This document shows positions 1 to 13,777 of a stretch of DNA of 64,000 bases, piece by piece. The notes below the pieces were generated by a model that saw only the letters and a list, made by a program, of their open reading frames with translations, searched no databases and was not told the origin of the DNA. The position numbers and the translations under genes were made by a program. The stretch comes from Octopus sinensis (Eukaryota): the NCBI RefSeq assembly GCF_006345805.1, contig NC_043002.1:85126001-85190000 (forward strand), written 5' to 3'. How positions within the stretch are numbered: position 1 is the first letter of the stretch; each line of letters begins with the position of its first letter.

Positions 1-470
1 CTTCTTCTTCTTCTTCTTCTTACAGTATTCACCCGGGGTGGATTGAGCTGGCTTCATTCATCCTCAATGCAGCATCTCTCACAAACGCCGACCAGGCCTG
101 GCGATTTGAGGCTAACGACCGCGTGATCTCCAACCACTCCTTATTCCAGTGGCGAACGCCGTAGATATCGGGGCCTTGGTTGGGTTCCAGATCAGCCTTG
201 ACTGTCATCAGCCAGGTTTTTCGTTGTCCACCACATCGCTTTCGCCAACCTTGAAGGGGAGCTGGGGCAATTGCTTCGTAGATGAACTCTCCTGGTTGAC
301 GACGGAGGGCATGACCCAGCCAACGCAGACGTCTCGTTATGATGACTTGTCGGAGGGAGGTGATTCTGCACTGGTGTCGCACCTAATTGTTGGGGACAAA
401 GTGATGACATCGGACACGAAGGAACGCCGCAGGCACAAATTGGCCGTTCGTGATTGGTTAGTACGGTAAA
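1..470 (-). mobile_element. RTE-type LINE 3' fragment with (GAA)n tail
   Basis: RRLRWLGHALRR...GGQRKTW...RQAWSAFVRDA; an upstream in-frame TAG; (CTT)n at 1-21 is the tail. Confidence 0.8.
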
Positions 471-964
471 TAAACAGCAGCAAAAATTCATTTAGCAGCA
501 CATTTTATTGTTAATTGATATGAACTTAATCTGAAATAACAATGATGTTTTAGCAATAGATGAAAGGGTATCGATTTGAAATCCAAAAACCATGTATAGA
601 TTTTAACAAGGTAAATAACTCTTTGTTACAAATAATGATTATTTCCCTTATGCTTGAACAGTGAGTGGTTTTGATTTTCTTGTGTTTACTTTTTCTAAAT
701 AACTTCTTTCTTTTTTTGAAGGGTTGTACTTTTTAGTTAATGAAATTGACAAGTGCATTACTGAAACTGTTTCATCATCTTCGGAGAAAGCTAAAAGCGA
801 TAACATTGGAACACAGAATAAAGAAGCGTAAAACTATATACAGTAACATATAATGCACGAACCACTAAACGAACTTCCCAAAATCAATCACTTACATGAC
901 GCAACAAGACTACAAAATAAACTGTGATTGAAGTACATCATAGTTCCACAACAATTCATTCAGG

Positions 965-1597
965 GGATCTTTTCCTTTTGAACGGCAGATGTCAACACAA
1001 TTTCTAGTTAACTAAACACTTTTAAACTTCGTATAGTGGTAGAATGTGTTTATAAAACATCATTTTCTCTTCGTTTTATTGAGAAAATTCTATAGTTTGT
1101 AAGATATTTCGTCTGAAAATCCGAGCATTTCGGCAATTTTAACCAATCGATTACCTCCATTCAACTAAACTCATTTGCTGCATCTAAAACTGAGACAACA
1201 TCCTGTAACTAACCCTAAACCTCCCCCCTAACCCTAACCCTTTTTTTTCTTAATTGTTAAATTAATTTAATTCCATTGCTTTAGTTTTTTTTTACACGCG
1301 TAACAATTAAATTAATTTAACAATTAAGAAAAAAATTTAGGGTTAGGGTTAGAGGGAGGTTTAGGGTTAGTTACAGGATGTTGTCTCAGTTTTAGACGCA
1401 GCAAATGATTTTAGCTCAAAAGAGAGCATAGGATTGGTTAAAATTCGAAAAATTAAACTACGTTAAACAAACAAATTACAATTTTCTCAAAAAAGCCAAG
1501 AGAAAAAATGTTTTATTTTGACACATTCTACCAGTATACGAAGTTTTAAAGTGTTTAGTTAACTAGAAATTGTCTGCCATTCAAAAGAAAAAGATCC
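965..1597. mobile_element. GGATC-ended foldback MITE (Merlin-like) with TTAGGG-like arrays
   Basis: GGATCTTTT...AAAAGATCC termini, 8-bp TSD CATTCAGG; most of the element is a palindrome. Confidence 0.85.
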
Positions 1598-1756
1598 CAT
1601 TCAGGTAACCACTGCATGGAATATAAGGTGTAGTTCTCAGCCGAGTGAAGAAACTTCATATCATGAGTCATATACTGCACCTAGTCGTAGGTCTACTCGA
1701 TCACAGCATATCTGAGGGCTATCCAACAAAAGCTGCAACAGCACCAAACAATTTAT

Positions 1757-2107
1757 GGATCTTTTCGGTTTGAACGGCAGTTTTTTCTAGCGGTGTCATA
1801 TGAAATTGTCACCCGTAATTATGACCCAAGTATCGATCTATTGCATTTCAATCTATTTTAGGGTTAGGGTTAGGGGGGAGTATCTTTTTTTCTTCACAAA
1901 TATAAATAAACCCAATCTGTTTCTTAAACGAGGGACCTATTCATACGGCACAGAATGTTTTTTTTTACCTTAATAGACGTCAGTGATTGGTTGAAATTGC
2001 AGAAATTGAAGGAAAAAAGCAACAAATATCTTACAATCTATAGAATTTTCTCAATAAAGCCAAGAGAAAATGTTTTATAAACACATTCTACCAGACTGGA
2101 ACTGCCA
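1757..2107 (+). mobile_element. GGATC MITE, second subfamily, right end decayed
   Basis: GGATCTTTTCGGTTTGAACGGCAG start; near-identical to 9136-9506. Confidence 0.75.
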
Positions 2108-3146
2108 ACGTCTACTAGATTCAAAAGAGCTAATTGGACGTATTAGCGTCCAAGTCAAAGATTTACGTACGGGGACAGCGATTATATATCACCTGAGGAG
2201 ATACAACTGGATCCCATTATACAGGTAAACCGTTGCTTAATTAAAACCTGTGTATATGTGGATCTATGTTGTATCGAAACATGTGTAGTGTTTATTAAAT
2301 AGCTGTCTAAACGTACTCATTCCTGTTGACTCTATTCAATTTTTATCTTTCATCCTTTCAGGGTCGATAAATCAAGTACCAGTTGCATACTTGGGTTGAT
2401 CTAATCGACTGGTTCCCTCCCTCCAAAATTTGGGCCTTGTGCCAAGTGTAGAAAAGCATATATGTGTGTGTGTGTGTGTGTGTGTGTATAAACTAGTTTG
2501 ATAAGTACCAACGTACGAAACTCTCGGACCTTGAGTCACTCTGTTGTTTCTGCTAAATATTAATAAATATGTGTGTATGCCCGTGTGTGTGTCTTTGTGT
2601 ATCTGTCCCCCATTACCTCTTGACAACCGATGCTGGTGTGTTTACATCTCTGTTACTTAGCGGTTCGCAAAAGAGACCGATCGAGTAAGTATCAGGCTTT
2701 AAAACAAAAGATTAGTACTGGAGTCGATTCATGCGACAAAAAATTCACCAAGGCGGTGCCCAGCATGGCTGCAGTCTAATGACTGAAAAAAGTAAACTAG
2801 TTTGATAAGTGCCAGTGCACGAAACTCTCGAGCCTTGAGTCACTCTTTTGTTTCTGCTATTTATACACACACACACACACACACAGAGTTTAATTCTCAC
2901 ATACATCATATAAATACACATTTATTTTCATGTGCGAAATGAATATCGTTTATTCAGGCAACTTAAAGTAGTTACCTCCCTTATCATTAAAACTCTCTAA
3001 TTTCTCAGAAAGCACTTTAATTCATACTACACGTGTTTGGGCGCCATCATTAACTGAATCCTTTATTCAGTTTAAAATTTGCGCCAGCTTCTTCATTCTT
3101 GTCTCTGTAAAAGAACTTTTTGATTCAATTCATATAATTATACGAT

Positions 3147-3468
3147 ATGTCTATTGGTGTTCCTATCAAGGTACTGCATGAAGCAGAAGGTCACACCGTG
3201 ACCTGTGAAACTACCACAGGCGAAGTATACCGGGGAAAATTAGTCGAAGCTGAAGACAATATGAACTGCCAAATGTCCAATATTAATGTAACATATCGCG
3301 ATGGACGTGTGGCTACGTTGGAGAATGTGTTCATTCGCGGTAGTAAAATACGATTTTTGATTTTACCAGATATGTTAAAGAATGCTCCCATGTTTAAGAA
3401 AGTCCAGGGCAAAGGTGGTACCAGCGGCGGTGCTGGCCGCGGAAAATCTGCAATTTTACGTGCGCAAG
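3147..3468 (+). CDS. SNRPD3: Small nuclear ribonucleoprotein Sm D3, coding exon 1 (codons 1-107 plus 1 nt)
   Basis: Translation [32 protein letters not shown]...[22 protein letters not shown]...[11 protein letters not shown] is recognisably SmD3. Donor CAAG|GTAGGT at 3468/3469, phase 1. Confidence 0.97.
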
Positions 3469-6400
3469 GTAGGTATCTTGATCTGTTTTATTCATCCACT
3501 GATATATAAATATATATATATATATGTGTGTATGCTATTTTACTCGTGTATTTATCATAGTTAACCTTGGCAGAGGTACCGCTCGCCACTAATCTTAATA
3601 AACTACCAGTTTTCAATACTAACATCCGTTTCTTTAAATTTTAAGCCTTTGTATTTCTTCCATGAAAGCTTGTTATCCAAACTTGATTGGTATTTAAATG
3701 CTACCCTTAAAATGCATAAATGAAATAGTGTAAAAACAAAAATCATTTAAAAGTTGTTACTTAACTCAACCCCCGATTGTTGATCTCTAATCACAAGCAT
3801 TCTAACCGTGACCGTTCCGTCTTTTCAGACACAATATATATCGAATTAGAGGCGGAAGTCTGAAATAAGTTGCCCACTGTTCGATTTTTCTCTGTTCTGA
3901 CGCCTGTTTTTCTGTTTTTCACTCCACACTTCAAAATGATGTGGAAAAGCTTGTTTATGGAAACAAATTTTAAAAAATTTATGATTATTTCTTTAAAAAA
4001 AAAACTTCGTCCCCTTCGCCCATATATATATGAATAGATGTGTTGCTTTCTAAATTTCGTGGTATTTACTGAAATTTTTTGAAAACATTCACATCTACGG
4101 ACCATGTGTGCTGCGGTATAGTGGCAAAAACAAGTAATCCTCATCAAGCAGATAGATCTATTATCAAAAGAGTTTCATGTATTTATTGGCGGAGGTTATT
4201 TTCGAAAAAATTCAAAATTTAAAGGGGGGGGGGGGGGAATTTCTTTTTTTGCATATTCGTAATCTCCGACATCCAGAACTAGGAATCCGAAAAAAATTTT
4301 TTTCTAAAACAAAATGCATTTTTCAAGGAGAGGTGCGATTGTGTAACTCGTTGTGGAACAAATATTACAAGGTATTTCGTTTGCAAAAGAGCGATATATG
4401 TTGGACAGGCGTTGCTGTGTGGTAAGAAGTTTGCATCCCTATCATAATTTTGGTTTTAGTCCCGCTACGTGAGCACCTGTCCTGTACTATAGCTCCGGGC
4501 CTACTAAAGCCTTGTGAGTGAATTTGATAGATGGAAATTGAAAGAAGCTCGCCGTGTGTGTATGTGTGTTTCCCTCTGCCATCGTTTGAGAACCGGTGCT
4601 GGTTTGTTTACGTCTCCGCAACTTAGACATTCGGCAAGAGACCAATAGAATGATTAACCGGCTTGGCGGCGAGCTGACAGAAACGTTAGCCTTTCATCCT
4701 TTCGGGGTCGATAAATTAAGTACCAGTTACGCACTGGGGTCGATGTAATCGACTTAATACCTATGTCTGTCCTTGTTTGTCCCCTCTGTGTTTAGCCCCT
4801 TGTGGGTAATAAAGAAATAGGTATTTCGTCTGCCGTTACGTTCTGAGTTCAAATTCCGCCGAGGTCGACTTTGCATTTCATCCTTTCGGGGTCGATTAAA
4901 TAAGTACCAGTTACGCACTGGGTCAATGTAATCGACTTAATCCCTTTGTCTGTCCTTGTTTGTCCCCTCTATGTTTAGCCCCCCTGTGGGCAATAAATAA
5001 ATTAACCGGCTTGGCGAAATTCTCTTTTAAACTCCCATATAACCCCTCGTGACTTTCGGGGTGGGTGGAATTTTCAGAAAATGTTTGCGAACCTGTAGTT
5101 CTACACACGGGAAACCATACGATTATACAATTTTTTTTTTTTCGAAATTATTATCATTATTATTATTTAATCACAGTATTGAGGACGATTTGTACAACTA
5201 AATCCATGAATGCAATGTCCAATGATACGAACAGGTAAAAGATACATATACGACAGATCTCCACGCAGTTACGTTTACTCACAAGAGTAAACGTAATAGT
5301 CACGGTATCAACCTGACTATTGGATGCTGTTTATACACTACTAGTCACAATACGCTTCCTCACATTTTTGTAGTCTTCCGATGATGCCACCACCCTGCTG
5401 GCTGGGCAGGCAAGCAGGCCAATACCCTCCCCCGCCCCCTATGGGCCACAAATCCATTACAGAGTTGCCCATTTACAACTGAGTAATGTGAAATGAAGTG
5501 TTTTGCTCAAGAACACAATGCACAGCCAATCTGGGAATTAAAACCCTGGTCTTGCAGTCATGTGTGTGACAGCCTAACTACTAGGCTGAGCGCCTTCACA
5601 TGCTTTATATTCTCTTACTTGTTTCAGTCATTTGACTGTGGCTATGCTGGAGCACCGCCTTAAAAGGTTATTTGGTCGAAGAAATTGACCCCAGGACTTA
5701 AGTCTTTGTAAACCCAGTACTTATTCTACTGGTCTCTTTTGCCAAACCACTAAGTTACCTAGACATAAACACACCAACATCGGTTGTCAAGTGATAGTGA
5801 GGGAACAAAGACACATACCTAAATATATATATATAGATATGCAATGGGCTTCTTTCAGTTTCCATCTACCAAATCCACTCATATGGCTTTGGTTAGCTCG
5901 AGACTATAGTAGAAGGCATTTGCCTAAAGTGTCACGCTGTGGGACTGAACCCAGAACCATGCGGTTGGGAAACAAGCTTCTTTAAAAATTTTGTTTTAAA
6001 TCAGAGTTTAAAATACGGACAGTCTGAATTTTTGGCTTAAATCTCAGCAATAGGCCATTAAATGTGTTTGTGGGGAGAAAGATATTGATGAACATCACTG
6101 CATCAGACTGACAAAACAAATGAGGAGGGCATAAGGTGGTCATAAGATGTGCTAAAAATAACAGCTAAATAGTTCTTAAATCACACACTGAAACATCTTT
6201 TTTGCTTGGTTTTTGCATAATTGTATGAATTTAAGTGTCTATAATACAAATTCCCAAAAAAGTTATCAGGGGGTTATATGGCATGCTTATGGCATAACTC
6301 TGCTTACGTATATTTTCCTTTTTTATGATAGCATGGCTTGACCAGTGATTCTCAACCATGGTCCATGTAAGATTTTGTTAAAATTTAAGTGCAATAAACT

Positions 6401-9135
6401 GGTTTTATTTCTAAAATACACAAAATATTTAAGCATTTTTTTAAATACAGTTTCTAATAATATTTAATCATAGCATTATAATAAAAGTTTTTTAGATATT
6501 GAATGGCTGCAAGGGTTCTTCCTCCTTGAATAAAATAAGAATCAAAGAGGTCCATCATCATCATCGTTTAATGTCCGCTTTCCATGGGTTGGATGATTTG
6601 ACTGAGGACTGGCGAACCAGATGGCTGCACCGGGCTCCAATCTTGATCTGGCAGTTTCTACAGCTGGATGCCCTTCCTAACACCAACCACTCTGAAAGTG
6701 TAGTGGGTGCTTTTATATGCCACCGGCACGAGGGCCAGTCAGGCGGTACTCGCAACGGCCACGCTTGAAAGGTGTTTTTTACGTGCCACCGGCAATGGGC
6801 AAAAAATGGTTGAGGAGCAATTAGACCAGGGGTTTTCAACCACTTTTTATCTATGAACCCTTTGATTACTAATTTATTCTGGTGGACCCCCATAGCCATT
6901 CAATGTTTAAAAACTAGTTTTATAGATACTTCTTTCAAAATTCTTATTTGATTTTTTAACATTAACTTGTGAAACCTAGCTGTTACTTGCAATATATACC
7001 AATACATACACCTAAAGCAAAATTTTTTCAGAAGCCTTTAAAATACTATTGTGGATCCCTAATTTACTAATTTATTGTGTGGACCCCAGTTGAGAACCAT
7101 TGACTTAGATAAATATATTTGAAGCATTGTTTTACAGTTGGATGCCCTTCTTGTCACTAACTCTCTCTTGTTTTTCAAATAAGGGTTACCTCTGGCATTA
7201 TATTTTGGCTTTGATAGTTTTATCATATCAGTTATGTTTAGGGAACTTGGTGCTATGGAGCCAGTACTAAATTAATCAGAACTGATGTTGTTAGCCCCTA
7301 AGGTCAACTACAATCAAGCCAACCTATTATCAGTGACACATTATCTAGACCATTCTATTTTCTTGAAATATGTAAAGTGTATTCTTCAGTGAGTTCTTTT
7401 TTAAAAAATGATGAGGTATTACTTGAGGGAGATTTGACTGCTGTATTTAGCTGATTGAGCCATCTTGGAACTGCTTATTTCCCTGCAGGATCCAGATTTG
7501 TAGAATTAGAACTGTTTTGAAGAAGGTAAAAATTGTGTTTAGTGATAAGTTTGATCATTTTTTTTTTCTTTCTTCAGCATAGGTGCAAGTGTGGCTGTGT
7601 GGTATGAAGTTTGCTTCCCAACCACATGGTTCCGGGTTCAGTCCCACTGTGTGACACCTTGTGCAAATGTCTTTTGCTATAGCCTCAGACCAACCAAAGC
7701 CTTGTGGGTGGATTTGGTAAATGGAAACTGAGAGAAACCTGTTGTACATATATATATATATAACCATCCGAACGTGGCCGTTGCCAGCGCCGCCCCGACA
7801 GGCCTCTGCCGGTGGCACGTAAAATGCACCATCCGATCATGGCCATTTGCCAGCCTCGTCTGGCACCTGTGCAGGTGGCACGTAAAATGCACCCACTACA
7901 CTCACGGAGTGGTTGGCGTTAGGAAGGGCATCTAGCATGGAAAACGGACGTTAAACGATGACGATATATATATATATATATATTAGAGGAGGTGATCTTT
8001 CATCATCTGACACAAGATCACTTCCTCCAATGCCCCCTCTCCTCTCAAAAGATTTTTTTGTCTTGCAAGTTACTTGGTGACCCTGTCAGTGCACTTAAAA
8101 AGCATCCAGTCCACACTGTAAAGTGGTTGGCATTTGGAAGGGCATCCAGTTGTGAGAACCTTGCCAAAACTGATTTCGCCTGTGCTTGTGCCACATAAAA
8201 GGCACTAAGTCCACTCTGCTGAGTGGTTGGTGTTAAGAGGGGCATCCATGCAAGTGATTATGGCAAATGGAGAAAAAGAAGAGAATAGCATTAGGAGAGA
8301 TAGAAAACACATAAAATAAAGGAAAAGCTAGAGAAAATAAAAGAACAATAATGGTAAATAGTGGCAGTAGTAATGGCGATGATGATATTGTTTGTAACAG
8401 CTGTTGTTCTTGTGTTGGTGTTGATGCCAATGAGAACATTACTCAACAGTTACTTGCACTGAAGTGAATGCTGTCGTGCCTTTCCTATTTTTATTATTTC
8501 AGTCCACAAAAATATTGCCATCAACTCCTTACTTCTTACTTATAACCACCACTTCCATTTACTAACAACCGCATCAAACTATCTGTGTGTGTGTGTTGGC
8601 ACTGGCATGTCTGTGTGGTTAAGAGTTTATTTCCACCTACATGGTTTTGGATTCAGTTCCACTGCCTGACATCTTAGGCGAGTGCCTTCTATGTCTTCTT
8701 GTATAGCTCTGAGCCAACTAAAGCTTTGTAGGTGAATTTGGTAGGCAGAAACTGAAAGAAACCCATTGTGTGTGTGTGTGTATACACATATGTTACATTA
8801 TACATCTATATCCATTCGTCTTATTCCTTTTTTCTCCTGTTTTTCCCAGTTACCATCCCAACTAACACTTGTCACACCTTCATCTTCCATTCCTCTCACC
8901 CTCTTTGTATCTTACCTGCTAATTCATTCCCATCTCCACCACCTCAATAACAACAGACAACTGCAATTCTCAGTTTCCTTGAGTGAAACCATGGAATTTC
9001 TACAGGATTCATTACACTGACTTTTAGAGCTAGTCAGATGTTTAGGTGTTTGTTTCACCTTTGTGACAAGGGGACTGATATTACAATACTTTCTGGGCTC
9101 TAAATGTCTTATACATAGAAAATAATACAAGTTTC

Positions 9136-9506
9136 GGATCTTTTCGTTTTGATCGGCAGTTTTTTCTAGCGGTGCCATATGAAATTGTCACCCATAATTA
9201 TGACCCTAGTATCAATCTATTGCATTTCAATCTGTTTTAGGGGTGGGGGGAAGGGTATCTTTTTTTCTTCACAAATGTAAATAAACCCAATCTGTTTCTT
9301 AAACGAGGGACATATTCATACGGCACAGAATGTTTTTTACCTCAATAGACATCAGTGATTGGTTGAAATTGCAGAAATTGAAAGAAATAAACAACAAATA
9401 TCTTACAAACTATAGAATTTTCTCAATAAAGCCAAGAGTAAAAGATGTTTTATAAACACATTCTACCAGTATACGAAGTTAACTGCCATTCAAACCGAAA
9501 AGATCC
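9136..9506 (+). mobile_element. GGATC MITE, complete
   Basis: TIRs plus perfect 8-bp TSD CAAGTTTC. Confidence 0.88.
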
Positions 9507-9616
9507 CAAGTTTCTATGTGGTTGCTCAACTTCCCTAGTCATAGAGACCATAAAAAAAATTGAATAGTCACAGCAGGAATGCTGTGACTACTCTCAGTCA
9601 GCTGGGTCTGAAATTA

Positions 9617-10110
9617 TCAGGTCTTTAAGAATGAAATGTCTGATTTTGAACTGAAAGTTTATTTTACTTCATTTCAACAAAAAGCAATGCAGTTAATCAA
9701 AGTATCCACCTAAATTATCAACACAATTTTGCCAAAGTTTATTTATGCTGGCAGCAAAGAATTCTGGAGAGCAAGAGGTAATGAAATCACAAAAGGCTGT
9801 TTTTGCACCTTCAGATTTGAAGTTTTTTCCTTGCAAAAAGTTGTCTAATGCCCGGAAAACATGATAGTCAGATGGTGCAAGGTCTGGTAAATATGGTGGA
9901 TGACAGTATTTCCAAGTTCAGTTCCTTGAGTAGTGTTCTTTGTGCAACATGTGGTCGAGTGTTGTCTTACAAGAGAATTGGCCTGTTTCTATTGACCAAT
10001 CTCGGTTGTTTAATTGCAAGTTCACTCATCACTTCATCCAACTGGTTGATGTATACATCTACTGTAATTGACTTGCCAGGTCTCATGAAGCAAACCAACC
10101 AATAAATCTT
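9617..10110 (-). mobile_element. Mariner transposon relic (transposase C-terminus + one TIR)
   Basis: PGKSITVDVYINQLDEVMSELAIKQPRLVNRNRPILL*DNTRPHVAQ. TA + TCAGGTCTTTAAGAATGAAATGTC at 9615-9640 resembles the Mos1-type TIR as recalled. Confidence 0.8.
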
Positions 10111-10419
10111 CCGTAATTTTACAATTTGTCATAGAGTTTGTTAACTCCTCTATGAGTTTCTGTTAATACCACTTGAATTGGTTAATCCTCATCAAGTTTA
10201 TCAATTTCTCATGAGCTGGTTAAATCCTCTTCGAGTTTCTATTAACTCCATGTGAATTGGTTTATCCTCGTTACTACTGTTGTAAAGCGGTCTTTTGCCA
10301 CTATTATATCTGTCTTTGTACAACAGTTGTTGCTCTGACAGATATTGTGATATTCCAAAGTCGTCAATAAGATGTTTCAATCTGGCACTGTACAACCCCC
10401 AGTCATACAGTGTTAATAT

Positions 10420-10870
10420 CCTCAAATCATTGTTCGACCATGGTTGAGACAATGGAATCTACTATGCTACGCCAGACTTCACGGTCCATCATAGCATTAC
10501 GGAGGTCCTGTTGCTGGATGCCTGTATCCCTGGAGATTACATCAGGGTAGGAGAGTGTGCGCCCTCTGGTATTGCGAGTAGATGGCTTCCAGAGGAGAAG
10601 AGTAGAAATTGCCTCGTTTTCAGCTCTACAACAATGTCCAGCAAACTGGACTCGCCTACCTTTCACAAGAGATGACACAGGTGGTAGTTTCCCATATATT
10701 TGCATTTTGGTTGGATGACGCTTCCACGAGAGATTTTTAGTTCTCATAAGGAGGCGAGTGTAGGTTCCATCCAACCGCCTCTCAAGCTTCTTTGATAATG
10801 TCCAGGTTTCTGAGCCATATAGTAGAATATCCTCAAAGTTTGGATCATCATAATGCCTACTCAATATCAC
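10420..10870 (-). mobile_element. RTE-type LINE RT C-terminal fragment (different family)
   Basis: ILLYGSETWTL..RRLDGTYTRLLMR..RRVQFAGHC..MMDREVWRSIV. Confidence 0.8.
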
Positions 10871-13693
10871 AGTATAATTACTAGATCAGTACAGACTCTA
10901 CTAACAACATGTTCTAACATGCACTCTGGGTACTCTACATACACTCGATACTGGCTGACGTCACCTTACTTATAGTAACAGGCTCATTCCACTTGTCACA
11001 TGGGAGGGGTGTACCATTATTACTAATTTTCTATAGCACATATGTGTGTATGTCTATGTATGTTCCCCTATCAATATTTGTCCCCCTATCACTGCTTGAC
11101 AACTGGTGCTGGTGTGTTTACACCTCCATAACTTAGCGGTTTGGCAAAAGAGATCAATAGAATAAGTACTAGGCTTAAAAAATAAGTCCTGGGGCGATCT
11201 GCTTAACTAAAACCCTTCAAGGCGGTGCTCCAGCATGGCTGATGTCAACTGACTAAAATAAGTAAAAGAATATATACGAGTTATCAAGTAGCAATAAGGA
11301 GTAGACCCCCACACACACACACTTACATACCGGTTTGTAAGATTTTTGTAAATACTGTATCCCAGTTTGTATCATCACTTAATAAGTAGCGATCTTAGTA
11401 TTTTAGTATGTCATAGTTTCTCCTAGATTCTTTACGAGTTTTTAATTTGTTACTGACTAATACTTTTTATTGTACATTTTTCTTTTTTATTCACATTGTA
11501 AAGTACTACCACTCATTTATTACCTTTTATTGACTTGATGGTTAATAAATTACTTGTTGATTTGTTGTTATGTCCTGTTAAGCAATTATGATTTATACTA
11601 GCGACATAGAACTCCTTTGCAAGCAGGGGCAGCAGCTGCTGCTATTGTTGTTGTTATTGTTGCTGCAATGTTCTTTTTATAGAGTTGGTTGAGACAATTA
11701 ACACCTTGCATTCTGTAGAGCCAGTGAAACAGGTTCTACCCTACAAGGCTTAATTGGATCCGGGCATGGCTGTGTGATTAGCCCTTTCATTACCATATTC
11801 TTGTTGAGATGTACTGCTTTTGTTTCAATTAATTTCAAAAATAAAGACAGTCATTAAGTTGGTGTTCAGAGCATAAATTAACTAGACACTTTAGTGGAAG
11901 GTTTTAATTTGAATCATTAGGAGTGGCTGTGTGATAAGTAGCTTGCGTGGCATCTTGCGTGGCATCTTGGGCAAGTGTCTTCTACTATAGCCTCAGGCCA
12001 ACCAAAGCCTTGTGAGTGGATTTGGTAGATGGAAACTGAAAGAAGCCCGTCGTATATATGTGTGTATGTTAGTGTGTCTTGTGTTTGTCCTCCCAACATC
12101 ACTTGACAACGGATGCTGGTATGTTTACGTCCCCATTACCTAGCAGTTCAGCAAAAGAGAACAATCCAAATAGGTACTTGGCATACAAAAAATAAGTCCT
12201 GGGATCGATTTGCACGACTAAAGGCAGTGCTCGATCATGGCCACAGTCAAATGACTGAAACAAGTAAAAGAGTAAGATTTTTTTTTTTTGTCATAGAATT
12301 GGGGTGGTCTCAAGTAGGTTGGTATCAAAAGGGCTAAAGAGTTTTACTTCACTACTACCTAGTATCAAGTTCACTACCCCTGTGCAGCATCTGGTTGAAC
12401 AAAGCCTTCTGAATGAAATCTGTTTGGCAGAAACTGTGTCTATACCACCTCGCCCTTTGAATTTCTTTCGTCACATTCATTCAAGTCACAGCTTCAGTCT
12501 GAGTATATAACTTCCTCCCACCAGTTTCAATGTGCTACCTTTCATCCTTTGATGAAGTCATTAAGAAAAAATAGAGTTTAAAAAAACAGAAGGGCCTAGT
12601 GTTTTCTTATGCCACATCTTTGTGATACTGATGTTGCAAAAAAACCTGAAAGGTCTAAATCCACGAATGTATAGTACCCCACCACCCACTCTCTCACACC
12701 AAATACTTGACATCATTCTTTAACAGTTTAACCCATTAGCAGTCAAATTGGCCGTATCTGGCCCAAATATTCCACCTGTTTTGTACTCAAACTAACCAGA
12801 TCTGGTTATTCTACAATATCATTCAAAAGCTATTCACAGCTATTCTACCATGTCATTCAAAAAATAAACAATCACACCATCGAAATATTGAAACTGCAGG
12901 ATAATACCTGATTAATTAAAAACTGAGTTTATAAGCATTAAATTCGGCAGAATAATCTGGATTCTATAGAGTTATTGATCTCTATTGATGCAACAAAACT
13001 GGTGATCATCCCTTGCATTGCTGCGAGGATACAAATTTGAAAGAGATGCACTTAAAATTAATTTAAGCTTAGAATATGACTGGTTAATATAAGCCTTGAG
13101 CAATTGAAGGCAAAGTCAACCAATTATGCAGAGTTTGGACAAAATATGCAGTTAGGTATCTAACTCTTTAGCATTCAGATATAATGCTTATTTATTCACA
13201 TTGTTTTGAATTAATCATACTTGTAACTTTGAAAATTTGATGATGTGCTCATTAATTTTTAGAATGACATTGTAGGGTAGGTGTGAGATGCCTGATATGA
13301 CTGGTTTGAATGCTAAAGGGTTAATCCAGTGTTCTAATAATATTCCTGCTACTCTGGGGTAGATTTGAGCTGAGCATTAATCAAACCTCTGCATAGTTTC
13401 TATCTACAACTTGGTTAGACTGAGCCAGTGAGAGTTAAATGCTTGCCACGGTTACTGCACAGCATTATTGTGCTTTGAAACTGACTAACCTGTGCTAATA
13501 ATAAACTTTATTGAAAGTACTCACCTTGTTCTAAAAATTCAATGGAAGTTGGACTTGTTTGTTACTGTGATGCAAACTTGGTGACATTACCATCCTGAAT
13601 AAGAGTGTCTATGTAGCTTCTTCATTGATTTTGAATTAATAAATGTGTGATTTTCATTTTTTTTTTTTCTACGTGGACTTTAATGTTTTATAT

Positions 13694-13777
<84 letters not shown>

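Noticed and set aside
1200-1375. Telomere or interstitial telomeric array
   Set aside because: Only a few TTAGGG units, inside a TSD-flanked MITE.
3469-3509. C-terminus [13 protein letters not shown] of the 120-aa ORF as the normal SmD3 end
   Set aside because: It follows a good donor; the canonical RG tail is on the exon at 17021-17076.
9680-9715. Second mariner TIR (..ACCTAA)
   Set aside because: Wrong orientation and position for the transposase fragment; weak match.
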